A stretch of 51,886 bases of DNA from positions 1 through 51,886 of the IMG/VR virus record IMGVR_UViG_3300030380_004241. One strand, written 5' to 3'. The DNA is from a virus. Taxonomy: Duplodnaviria > Caudoviricetes. Position numbers and translations under genes: made by a program. The notes beneath the pieces were generated by a model. It saw only the letters and a program-made list of their open reading frames with translations. It searched no databases and was not told the DNA's origin. This document shows, in pieces, positions 8,836 to 17,281 of the stretch. Positions within the stretch are counted from its first letter, which is position 1. Every line of letters begins with the position of its first letter.

Positions 8836-9190
8836 CTTGTTCCCCTAGCTTGTTTGAGTCCAGAGCTTCAAGCATGAATGAATACACACCTGTGTCATGA
8901 ACCGAGTCAATAGTGCTCTCGCTGACGTTTGGCCAGTTCTGAGCATATCGGGTCAACTTGGCAACGATCATATTGACGATCCCGAATCTGTTCCAATCCT
9001 CAACTGTTTTAAGCTGAATGCCTTTGGGGAACAGAGCAGTCATGACCTGACCATGGGTCAGGTAGTTGTCGCCATATTGCTTGTTGCGTTGTTTGAATGT
9101 GCGAAGAGCTTCCTCGATGCAATCAATCGGGTGTTTGTTCTTCAGACTCTCTTTGCTCGTATCCTTCTTGACGACCTTTTTCCGTGCCAT
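8822..9190 (-). CDS. Putative all-alpha NTP pyrophosphatase (MazG/Nmad1/DUF6378-like)
   Basis: F-K-Q-R-N-K-Q-Y-G-D, K-L-T-R and D-S-V-H-D-T-G-V-Y motifs in an all-helical protein. Start chosen at 9190 after GGAG. Confidence 0.65.
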   Translation of the reverse strand: MARKKVVKKDTSKESLKNKHPIDCIEEALRTFKQRNKQYGDNYLTHGQVMTALFPKGIQLKTVEDWNRFGIVNMIVAKLTRYAQNWPNVSESTIDSVHDTGVYSFMLEALDSNKLGEQDDSV

Positions 9191-9380
9191 GTTCTTCTCC
9201 TTCCTCATATCCTTTTTCATAAGCCTCATCTATCTTGGCTTGTATTTCTTCTTCAGGTATGCTTGCTCTGTCTATCGCATCTTTCAACTGGTCAAGCAAT
9301 GTTGGTCTGATGTCAAATATGCGAGCAACCTTTTCCCTGTTAACTTCTATGTCGTTCCCGATTATCCTAATATCAACCAT
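9123..9380 (-). CDS. Hypothetical protein with acidic AYEKGYEEG repeats
   Basis: TGATG coupling to the HAD gene; GGAG RBS. Confidence 0.65.
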   Translation of the reverse strand: MVDIRIIGNDIEVNREKVARIFDIRPTLLDQLKDAIDRASIPEEEIQAKIDEAYEKGYEEGEEHGTEKGRQEGYEQRESEEQTPD

Positions 9381-9814
9381 CAGAAATCTCCTGGAGCTAC
9401 TTGCAGACAAGTGAGACCTTCACCTCTCCACATATCAACGACTGACTGTCTGTCCTCAAGCACGAACCAAATGTCTGACTCTTCAATGTGCTTTTGCATC
9501 AACTTCAGTTTACAAAAGTCATCAGACGATTGATCGTCAGCAGGTCTCATGATTAGCCTGTCACAAGGCACATCGTTCAGCCTCAGCCACTTGGCTGTGT
9601 CTTTGCGATGGCTCTCATCACGAGCAGTCATGATAACGATCTCAACCTCCCCACTGTGAAGTGCACGCAAAATGTTGCAGACATTTTCAATCGGCTTGTC
9701 GTTGATGCCTGCGGCATTGAATGCTTCATAATCACGCTCTTTGTAAAACTTCAAGCGATGCCCATAGTCGGAAAGTGTGCCATCAAGATCACATATGATT
9801 ATACGCTTGCCCAT
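9380..9814 (-). CDS. HAD-superfamily phosphatase (T4 PseT/PNK phosphatase-domain-like)
   Basis: CDLDGTL (DxDxT), IMTAR, MRP, EDRQSVVDMWR...GLTCLQVAPGDF. Confidence 0.9.
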   Translation of the reverse strand: MGKRIIICDLDGTLSDYGHRLKFYKERDYEAFNAAGINDKPIENVCNILRALHSGEVEIVIMTARDESHRKDTAKWLRLNDVPCDRLIMRPADDQSSDDFCKLKLMQKHIEESDIWFVLEDRQSVVDMWRGEGLTCLQVAPGDF

Positions 9815-10308
9815 GCTGGTGCCTCCGTATATTTGTATGTCCCGTTTTGAATGTGACCGATCTTCTCACCGACATAATAGTTGCGGTAAGACTGAACAGG
9901 GTCATCGACCTTGTATTGATCTGGCATGCCCAAATGAGGAGCAGTCAGGTCAGCAAAAGGTATGTTGTTGGGCAACTTGTTAAGGGCAGGGATCAGCGAT
10001 GCATGCTTGTGGTTGACTGGCTCTTTTTTCTTTGAGCCATAACGCTGATAATATTCCTTGGCGAGTTGCGTGACCATAACCAGAAGCCAGTTGTAGTTGG
10101 CTGCTGACTTCCTCACCCACTTTGAGCAAGGGTGGTTCTCGTAACCCATCGGGAACATGCCGACCTCGTCAGCATACTCATCGCCATCCAAGAACCTATG
10201 CGCACAACAAAGCATGAGCACAGACTCTGATATCATCTTATAAGAGTGCACGTCGCAGTGCATCTTTGCAGCGACAACAGGGTCGTCATCTAAGTAAAAT
10301 ATGTTCAT
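9799..10308 (-). CDS. Pyrimidine-dimer DNA glycosylase (DenV-related) family protein
   Basis: MNIFYLDDDP...HCD.H..KM..ES...L...NHPCSKWVR.S..NYNWL...EY..RYG...H...MPDQYK.DDPVQSYRNYY. Confidence 0.8.
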   Translation of the reverse strand: MNIFYLDDDPVVAAKMHCDVHSYKMISESVLMLCCAHRFLDGDEYADEVGMFPMGYENHPCSKWVRKSAANYNWLLVMVTQLAKEYYQRYGSKKKEPVNHKHASLIPALNKLPNNIPFADLTAPHLGMPDQYKVDDPVQSYRNYYVGEKIGHIQNGTYKYTEAPAWASV

Positions 10309-10328
10309 CTCATTTTCCTTTCTCAGTA

Positions 10329-10365
10329 TGTTTACTTTACTCTTTTTGAGTTGTCAGATCAAGCC
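10329..10365 (-). promoter_or_regulatory. Putative sigma70 promoter for the glycosylase-to-dnaE segment
   Basis: On the minus strand TTGATC-17 bp-TAAAGT just upstream of the CTGAGAAAGGA RBS. Confidence 0.5.
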
Positions 10366-10658
10366 TTCATCCCGAGAATCTTCTTTACACGACGAATCAC
10401 TTTATTGGCGAATGACACAGCTTCTTGAGTTTGCTGATACATCGCTTCAAGCTCTTTTTCTCTCTTTGGAGCTGGTGCTCTGGCGACGATGTTCTCTTTG
10501 GGCGATGGCTCTTTTTGATACAAGATGTATGAAAGCTGATTCTTAGTCAGCCCGAGCTTTTTCCCTATTGTGCTGTGGCTCTCACCAAGCTGTTTCATGT
10601 AATGAGCTTTATTGATTGTCTCTTGCTTGTATGAAGCTGAAAAACTTTTTTTAGGCAT
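10359..10658 (-). CDS. Small helix-turn-helix DNA-binding protein
   Basis: GESHSTIGKKLGLTKNQLSYIL HTH pattern; AGGAGG RBS. Confidence 0.7.
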   Translation of the reverse strand: MPKKSFSASYKQETINKAHYMKQLGESHSTIGKKLGLTKNQLSYILYQKEPSPKENIVARAPAPKREKELEAMYQQTQEAVSFANKVIRRVKKILGMKA

Positions 10659-10667
10659 TGATACCTC

Positions 10668-11312
10668 CTATTTGTTGAGTGCTTTGTACATTGATGGTGC
10701 TGCCCACTCAGTTGGGGTCAGGAAAGGCAAAGCCCAAGGGTGGACTTTTGTTACCTCTGCGACCATGAGTTTGAACACCTCTTGGTATTCACCTTGCGCT
10801 CTGGGCGACAGGCGAGACTTAGCCATCTCACTCAGTGTGCGCAGGTTGAATTTGGCAACGATGTTGGTATGAATGTTTGTTGGCAAAACGCCACGCGCAT
10901 CTTCAGCAGGAACAATGTCACGCAGTGCTTGGTAGGCTTCATTGATCTGCTTCATCGCATCATCATACAAAGCCTTGGCAACCTCATTCTCAGAGATGCG
11001 AGGTGGCGTGTAATATCCGAAGCCATGCATGTCGACTGTGCGTTGGGACTGCTGGGCATATGATGCTTGACGTGTTCGCACGAACTGATGGGTGAATCCT
11101 CTGCTGACATCACGGATGTTGAATGTGTAGTCAATGAACTCCCAAGATGAGCGGATTGTCTTGAGCATGTAGTCAAGCTCCTCCTGCTTTTTCTCCTCAG
11201 TCCATTCAGAGACCTTTGCGTAGGCATCTTCATCATTCATGAGGCGAGTGTTCTTCGTGAAGATGAGCAGGTTCACTGCATCATCGGTGTAATTTATAAG
11301 TTGGACTTTCAT
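10668..11312 (-). CDS. thyX: Flavin-dependent thymidylate synthase-like protein (variant motif)
   Basis: SSWEF, VSRGFTHQFVRTRQASYAQQSQR (R-H-R-x7-S changed to R-T-R-x7-S), EDARGVLP, NLR, AQGEY. Confidence 0.88.
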   Translation of the reverse strand: MKVQLINYTDDAVNLLIFTKNTRLMNDEDAYAKVSEWTEEKKQEELDYMLKTIRSSWEFIDYTFNIRDVSRGFTHQFVRTRQASYAQQSQRTVDMHGFGYYTPPRISENEVAKALYDDAMKQINEAYQALRDIVPAEDARGVLPTNIHTNIVAKFNLRTLSEMAKSRLSPRAQGEYQEVFKLMVAEVTKVHPWALPFLTPTEWAAPSMYKALNK

Positions 11313-11313
11313 G

Positions 11314-12258
11314 TTATTCTCCTTTCTGAGAGTGCATCAAACGAGCATAGTCCGAACTTGCTCGTATGAATTTTTCAACGTGCTGGATGTCTTCAACAAC
11401 ATCGTCCAGCAACAGTTGTCGCCAAGTCGCAAAGCGACCGACTGAATAAATATTATACTTGGTTGTCATCTCAAAGATGAATTGCTTTCTCAGCTCTTCA
11501 TTGATGGGTTCAATCTTGCCATACTTTTGGCTTGACTGTTTCATTTCAACAAGCTGATCAGGCTTGATTCCAAAGTCCTCAATCAAAGTAGTCATGATGT
11601 GTGGACCAATGCTTGTGTCAGGCTTGCGTATGAATTCAGAGATGACAATATCACCGATGACCGATATCCTGTAAAAAGGAACAGTTGGGTCGGGATAGTA
11701 GATAGTTTGATAAACATCACAATTTGGCGATTCAATGCGAGCCTTCTGAGTCCATATCTCTTTGTGTGGCCACTCAGGCACATCTTTCCAATTCATTATC
11801 TTCATGAGTGCTGGCATGGGTATGGTCGAGATGATGGGTCTGTGAGATTCCCACTCTCTCAACTCCTCAATCTCCTCAAGACTCAGCTTGCGCAAGTAAT
11901 CAATATTGCAGTTGCGAGCCATTTGATTTATCAAGTCCCATGGTGCGATGTATCGCTCAACAGGGTCAAGATTGTTGATTGACCTACTCAAGATCGAGCC
12001 TGTCACCTTTTGAGAATAAAGATTGCTCAAAAACAAATTTGGTTCAGTCAAAGTCTTGCCATCGTATTTTATAGCCTTTTGAACTTTGACCTTTTTGAAA
12101 GGGATGGCACACGCAGTGCCAACCCTGTCAGTTCTGAATCGGAGCAAAGCACCATGATTGTTTGGCAAGTCTTTTTGTGCTTCACATATGGTTGGCTTAA
12201 AGCTCCTCAGCATATTGCCTGCTAGCAATCCAGCCAGCCCTGCTCCGTATATCAGCAT
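11314..12258 (-). CDS. FAD/NAD-binding oxidoreductase (UDP-galactopyranose-mutase-like fold)
   Basis: N-terminal IYGAGLAGLLA Rossmann motif, ISTIP, C-terminal SVGRFATW. Confidence 0.82.
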   Translation of the reverse strand: MLIYGAGLAGLLAGNMLRSFKPTICEAQKDLPNNHGALLRFRTDRVGTACAIPFKKVKVQKAIKYDGKTLTEPNLFLSNLYSQKVTGSILSRSINNLDPVERYIAPWDLINQMARNCNIDYLRKLSLEEIEELREWESHRPIISTIPMPALMKIMNWKDVPEWPHKEIWTQKARIESPNCDVYQTIYYPDPTVPFYRISVIGDIVISEFIRKPDTSIGPHIMTTLIEDFGIKPDQLVEMKQSSQKYGKIEPINEELRKQFIFEMTTKYNIYSVGRFATWRQLLLDDVVEDIQHVEKFIRASSDYARLMHSQKGE

Positions 12259-12554
12259 ATGTTTAGCTCCTCACGCTTTTTGTTCTTCACTGCATAGAAG
12301 CCTTTTTTAGTCAGACCTTTGTCCATGTAGCTTTCTCGGTTGTCCATCCAGTGACCATACAAAACCTCATCAGTCTTTTCAATCAACTCTGGGTTTGCGT
12401 TGCCACCATGCTTCATAAGTTGGTCTCGGAGAATGCGGAGCAACTCATGCTGCTCCTTTTCTGCATTCATGAACCAAGTTTGATTGAGTCCTTCCCACAG
12501 CATGAAAACCTGCTTGGGGGTCAGATTAAGTTTGCAGATCCAACCCGAACTCAT
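12252..12554 (-). CDS. Hypothetical protein
   Basis: ATGA overlap with the upstream gene; start set at MSSGW. Confidence 0.65.
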   Translation of the reverse strand: MSSGWICKLNLTPKQVFMLWEGLNQTWFMNAEKEQHELLRILRDQLMKHGGNANPELIEKTDEVLYGHWMDNRESYMDKGLTKKGFYAVKNKKREELNIC

Positions 12555-13123
12555 CCTGAGACCTCTGCGTAGCCTTTGTTGATGTCCCAAGCAAGATCCT
12601 GACGACGACCACCTTGAGCGATGTAGGCTTCATAGCTCACAGGCTCACCAGCATTGATCAGGATGCCCATGGAATGGAAGCCATGAGTGTTCTGACGACG
12701 AGGGTTCTTGTCAACAAGACACTTGATCATCTTGCCTTCAAAGCCAGAGTTGCGACCACGCTTCTTGGGTGCGTCTGCAGTTTTGACGTGAACCTCAACA
12801 TCATTCCGCTGCTCAGTATTCATTTGTTTCTCTCCATTGAGTTTTTCAAAAGGTGTCTCTTCAATTGGCAGAGACTCAGCCAACTTCATTATGCGCTTTG
12901 AACCTGCGCGAATGTCCGAAAACCTTTTAACCACACCACTCCCAATCAAACGAGCATTGTCGTTGAAAACTGCGACGAGGCGTTGGTGGGTGGTGTTGCG
13001 GTTTTGGGCAAGCTCCTCAGGTGAGGAAAAGACTACCAACCCATTGCCCATCTGACGAGCTACACGCTCAGAGCTGAACGCACGGATGGTATTTTTCTTG
13101 TAGTCAATAGCGAATGCTTTCAT
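12551..13123 (-). CDS. Early protein, probable DNA-binding C-terminal domain
   Basis: First gene after the promoter at 13174-13243; C-terminal KKRGR...NPRR...GGRRQDLAWD motif seen in phage early proteins. Confidence 0.78.
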   Translation of the reverse strand: MKAFAIDYKKNTIRAFSSERVARQMGNGLVVFSSPEELAQNRNTTHQRLVAVFNDNARLIGSGVVKRFSDIRAGSKRIMKLAESLPIEETPFEKLNGEKQMNTEQRNDVEVHVKTADAPKKRGRNSGFEGKMIKCLVDKNPRRQNTHGFHSMGILINAGEPVSYEAYIAQGGRRQDLAWDINKGYAEVSG

Positions 13124-13173
13124 TGTTTCGTTTCCTTTCTCAAATCAGCCAGAACTTTCCTGACTGTCCCATT

Positions 13174-13243
13174 ACTATGCGCCAATTTGTCACAAAAGGC
13201 AACAAAGAAAGTGATTTTTCTTTTCAGTATTTTCAAAGACTTA
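13174..13243 (-). promoter_or_regulatory. Composite early promoter copy 3 (drives the nucleotide-metabolism operon)
   Basis: -35 TTGCCT (13197-13202), 17 bp, -10 CATAGT (13174-13179); 23-bp box at 13205-13227 identical to 5382-5404; TTTCAAAGACTTA at 13231-13243. Confidence 0.82.
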
Positions 13244-13258
13244 TAAATTTTTACGAAA

Positions 13259-14719
13259 TTAAATTGCATAGTGCCTCAAACTTTTTGGCCTTACGATGAA
13301 CAAGTTTTCTTTCGCTCTGGTCAATGCAACATACCAGACTCTGTTCTCTTCATCTGTGTGAGAGTTCTCCCAACTTAGCCGACCCATGTCCGTAGCCAAA
13401 ACAACATTGTCAGCTTCACCACCTTTGGACTGGTGGATGGTTGAGATGCTTATGCGAGGCTTGTCAGAAAACTTTTCGCCATTGCGCAAGCATGACCTTA
13501 AATATTCTCTTTCGTCTGGGGCAATGCCTTTGAGCATGCTCATCCAATCAAAGTTCTTGGCATCCTCAGGCAGACCCAAGTCTGTCATTTTGTAAGACTC
13601 TTGGCGAACTAGGTTGACAGTAAACCCGAAAAACTGTTTCACATTTTTGGCTTCATGAAGTGAGACTGATTGACCTTTGCGCAACCTTTCCCAAGTCATG
13701 ATCGCACGAGTCTCATCTGACTCAAGAGAGTGCTTGCCGTTGTAGGTGTATGCGAAGCCTTGTTGCCGAACTGCTTGCTGAAACCTGTTCATGAGATATT
13801 TACTTCGGCTCAAACACATCCAACTTCCATTGCCTGAAAAGTCTATCTGCTGTTCATCAGCCACATAGTCAACTGTGCCTTCATCAGTTCTTGGTCGCCA
13901 TGGCTTTGGGTAACGATGCCTGATGCGACTCACAACTTCTGCAGCCAACTTGTGGACTGATCTTGGGATGCGATAGCTTTGAGGCAGAACCATGCGGTCG
14001 CCTTTCAAAGTCAAAAATTTATTAACGTCTGCACCTGCCCAGCCAAAGATGGCTTGGTCGTCATCGCCAGCAATATAAACTTCCTCAGCACCCTCAGCTG
14101 CAATAATAGCCATTTTGTATTGAAGAGAGCTCAAGTCTTGAGCCTCGTCAAAAATGCAAATGTCAACAGGTAAAGGTGATGCGTACTTTTCCAACATGTC
14201 AGTGAAGTCCAACAGCCCATTTTCACGCTTGTAAGTTCTGAGGGCAGTGTCGTACTGTTTCACTGCATGCAAGGTCAGGTCATTAATGTTTGTTAGGTTG
14301 TGTTGTGTTTCAAGATCTCTCAGCCCAACCCTCGCCAAAGATTCAATCCTTGAACATTTGTCACCAAGCCCATCGCCAGTGTGAATTCCTAAGTCCTCAT
14401 CGTAGATGCCTTTGAACTCAACACCCAAAGCTCTGCCTAACTTGCGATAGTGTGCATTGGTCATAACCTCGTCTCTTTGCATGCCCAGCTCTCTGAATGC
14501 TAAAGAGTGTAGTGTTCTGAAGTAAGGAAACCTTCCCTCATCAAAACCAAACTGAGCCATCGCCCTTTCTTGGGCTTCGTATGCAGCTTTGCGGGTGAAA
14601 GCCAGATACGCTATTCTCTCAGGAGGAATCCCACGAGCTAGTGCGTCTTCGACTATGCGAAGCAGAGTTGTGGTTTTGCCTGTTCCTGGAGGTCCAAGAA
14701 TTATTTGTACTCTTCTCAC
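13259..14719 (-). CDS. UvrD/Rep-like SF1 helicase
   Basis: GPPGTGKT, LAFTRKAA, TLHSLA, DEAQD, AGDDDQAIF, QSYR, STIHQSKGGEAD, YVALTRAK. GTG start after AGAAAGGA. Confidence 0.93.
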   Translation of the reverse strand: MRRVQIILGPPGTGKTTTLLRIVEDALARGIPPERIAYLAFTRKAAYEAQERAMAQFGFDEGRFPYFRTLHSLAFRELGMQRDEVMTNAHYRKLGRALGVEFKGIYDEDLGIHTGDGLGDKCSRIESLARVGLRDLETQHNLTNINDLTLHAVKQYDTALRTYKRENGLLDFTDMLEKYASPLPVDICIFDEAQDLSSLQYKMAIIAAEGAEEVYIAGDDDQAIFGWAGADVNKFLTLKGDRMVLPQSYRIPRSVHKLAAEVVSRIRHRYPKPWRPRTDEGTVDYVADEQQIDFSGNGSWMCLSRSKYLMNRFQQAVRQQGFAYTYNGKHSLESDETRAIMTWERLRKGQSVSLHEAKNVKQFFGFTVNLVRQESYKMTDLGLPEDAKNFDWMSMLKGIAPDEREYLRSCLRNGEKFSDKPRISISTIHQSKGGEADNVVLATDMGRLSWENSHTDEENRVWYVALTRAKENLFIVRPKSLRHYAI

Positions 14720-14867
14720 TTTCGTTTCCTTTCTCAGAAAGCACATGGTGACATGCGCCACATTTTATTTTGGTCGGCTCTTTTTTCCAGATCCTTCCAC
14801 GAGTCATTGCACCGCAGAAGTCGCAGCTTATGAATGAGCTGTAATATCTTTCATACTCATCGCTCAA
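14619..14867 (-). CDS. Small zinc-finger protein
   Basis: CDFC...CGAC; TTG start after GGAGG overlapping the primase stop; its tail overlaps the helicase start. Confidence 0.55.
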   Translation of the reverse strand: MSDEYERYYSSFISCDFCGAMTRGRIWKKEPTKIKCGACHHVLSEKGNESEKSTNNSWTSRNRQNHNSASHSRRRTSSWDSS

Positions 14868-16402
14868 AAATTTTCCTCCACTGTTGTCGGTATGTCAAGT
14901 TGATCTTCCTCGTCATAAAAATCAGGCGCAGGCACTGACCATACCTTAACTGGTTTTGACTTGATGCGAAATGTTTTTCTGTCACCACCCAAGCTTCTGA
15001 GCCATGACCAAACTTGGTGTTGGGAGGGATATCTGAATCTGCGTGCATCAAGATATATAAAAAGGTCTTCAGAGCGGAAATAAACTTTGCCCTCATCAGA
15101 GTCGTGCCAAGGCTTAGCATTCATGATCTCATCACGATGACGAGCTTGGACTTTGCCAGTCAGGAATGAGTCAAGCATCTTTTCAAACTGACCTTGTGGG
15201 CTGGCGTCGTCTGGGTCAATGACAACCTCAACAGACCCCAACAGTTCATTGATACGTTGCTCCCATCTTTGAGCAGGCATTGTGCTTGGGCACTTGTTCA
15301 GCTTCTCAACACAAAGCCTTTGGAGCTGACGTTGATCGAGAAGCTGTTGTGTAGTTACTTCTATCCGCTCACCTTGAATTTCAATGTACCATCTGACTGA
15401 TTGTCTGTTTTCAGTTTCATACTTCGTGATAGCGTCAATCTCTATGGCTTGGCCACCACCAATACCGCCGACCCCAAACTCACGCTTCATGCATTTGCTT
15501 TTTTCGCAGTAGTTGCATATGGGTGCTTGTTTGCAGGTGTAGGCATAATCTTTTTTGGAGACTGACTTGATCAAGCCATTGACCTCGCCACTGGGCAGTG
15601 GCTCAGGCAAATGCTCATAGTTGAAGCGCATCAAATCTTCTTGCCAGTCGTCAGGATTCTTTTTTCGGTAATAAACACCCACATTGAACAAAGAGATGTT
15701 TCTTCCACCTTCAGGAAAGCCCATTGTCATGATGTGTTGAAGGCATGGTGGACCATCCTCAAACATGTTGATCAAATCAGGCTTAAAATTTTCCAAAGCA
15801 TCAAAGTCTGTCCGCTTTGATTCAGCATGAGCTATGAATTGTTTTAGGTTGAGTGGTTTGCCTTTGTGTATGGCATAGCGTTCAGTTTCATCGCCATCCC
15901 AATAGCAAAGGTTGATCCAGTTGCCTCTGTCACGTTCATTGGCACGTGAGATCTGCTTTGGAAAAATCTCAGCACCACCATAACCCAAAGTTGCGGCAAA
16001 CTCATTCAGCTTGGCAACCATGTCAATCGCTGCAATTGCAGGCTCACAGAATAAATAAAGATGCGCACCGCCAGACTTACTACGGCACAAAACTAGTGGG
16101 GTGGCTTCAATCTTCTTTTCAAGATCTTCGAGCGACTCATTCAACTTAACATCACCTCTGATGTCTATGTCTATGACACCAAAGTTACATGAATTGTTTT
16201 CACGCAACATAATGATGCCGAGTATGTAGTCGCCACCTTTGAGATGAGCTTCAAAATGTTCAGATGTTGCAGGTTCAGCTACAGTTACTGCCCGACCAGA
16301 CATCTTTCCGTCAGCTTCTTTTTTTTGAACCCGATATTCACCATGAGCTTTTTCATAGCCACGAAACAGGTTCATAAATTTTTTAATTGTTTGGGAGTCC
16401 AT
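14864..16402 (-). CDS. Putative DNA primase (AEP-like catalytic domain plus Cys-containing PriL/PriCT-like domain)
   Basis: GVIDID, RSKSGGAHLYLF, EIFPKQ, GPPCL...EGGRNISLFN...YTCKQAPICNYCEKSKC; no Walker motif seen. Confidence 0.78.
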   Translation of the reverse strand: MDSQTIKKFMNLFRGYEKAHGEYRVQKKEADGKMSGRAVTVAEPATSEHFEAHLKGGDYILGIIMLRENNSCNFGVIDIDIRGDVKLNESLEDLEKKIEATPLVLCRSKSGGAHLYLFCEPAIAAIDMVAKLNEFAATLGYGGAEIFPKQISRANERDRGNWINLCYWDGDETERYAIHKGKPLNLKQFIAHAESKRTDFDALENFKPDLINMFEDGPPCLQHIMTMGFPEGGRNISLFNVGVYYRKKNPDDWQEDLMRFNYEHLPEPLPSGEVNGLIKSVSKKDYAYTCKQAPICNYCEKSKCMKREFGVGGIGGGQAIEIDAITKYETENRQSVRWYIEIQGERIEVTTQQLLDQRQLQRLCVEKLNKCPSTMPAQRWEQRINELLGSVEVVIDPDDASPQGQFEKMLDSFLTGKVQARHRDEIMNAKPWHDSDEGKVYFRSEDLFIYLDARRFRYPSQHQVWSWLRSLGGDRKTFRIKSKPVKVWSVPAPDFYDEEDQLDIPTTVEENF

Positions 16403-16424
16403 GTGAGTTCCTTTCTGAGTCGTC

Positions 16425-16466
16425 GGGAGGGGCAAGAGGTGATCCCCAAAAGGGAATGCCCCTCCC
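16425..16466. other. Intergenic stem-loop GGGAGGGGCA...TGCCCCTCCC
   Basis: Perfect 10-bp inverted repeat enclosing a smaller TCCC/GGGA stem, just upstream of the primase RBS. Confidence 0.7.
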
Positions 16467-16488
16467 TAGATGATGTAATGCGTCCGTG

Positions 16489-17277
16489 CTACATTACATC
16501 ATCGTCTACAGACTCAGGAGAAACTTTCACATCACCAGCTGCAATTTCAGTTTTGAATTTGCGTGCGGCAAGATAAATTTCTTGACCTTGTGGGTGGTTC
16601 TGAATGATGCCCCCAGACTGTGCGTCATGGTTCATCTTAATAGACCAACCAAACCACGAGCCTTGATCATTCTCCTCAGGCACAGTTGTTAGCTGATATG
16701 AAGTCCAGAATGATGCTGGGTTGACCTTTTGATCACCAACTTTGATCATGAGGCGATTCATCATTGAGTTCCACTGACGAGCTTTTTTCAACTGCGACTT
16801 TGCCATTGAAAGTAGGGCTGGTGTGTAACCATTCTCATCAATCAAGAACACGAAGTATTCACCAGTGGGCACAATCTCATTGCCCTCATCAGTCAGATAC
16901 TCACCCCGACCACCACGAGTGCAGTTTTCAAGGCAAGCAGAGTCAGCACCGTGATCAGCGACCAAGCCACCTCTGTCTGCTTTCCATTCAATGTGTGCAC
17001 GTCTGTAGCTGATCGGCACGACTGTGATACCTTTTTCACCATCAATCGCTAGGTTGGCTACATTGTCCATGATCATTCCTGGCTCAGCACCATCAATGTA
17101 TGAACCATGACGCTTGTTAACTTGATCAGACATTTGTTGCAGAATCGTCAGGCGAGGAATAAGCATGTCCTCTTTGGTCATGCCTTCAGTTCCTGCTCCT
17201 GCATCCTGGAGCAAAATGCTCTCATCAAAAGCCACTACGTTTGATTCTTCTTTCTTTGCTACTTTATTTTCAGCCAT
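16489..17277 (-). CDS. Putative phage single-stranded DNA-binding protein
   Basis: IPRLTILQQMS, EW...GGLV, KKARQWNS, ENDQGSWFGW, acidic C-terminus DDDVM; located beside the primase. Confidence 0.62.
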   Translation of the reverse strand: MAENKVAKKEESNVVAFDESILLQDAGAGTEGMTKEDMLIPRLTILQQMSDQVNKRHGSYIDGAEPGMIMDNVANLAIDGEKGITVVPISYRRAHIEWKADRGGLVADHGADSACLENCTRGGRGEYLTDEGNEIVPTGEYFVFLIDENGYTPALLSMAKSQLKKARQWNSMMNRLMIKVGDQKVNPASFWTSYQLTTVPEENDQGSWFGWSIKMNHDAQSGGIIQNHPQGQEIYLAARKFKTEIAAGDVKVSPESVDDDVM

Positions 17278-17281
17278 GTTA

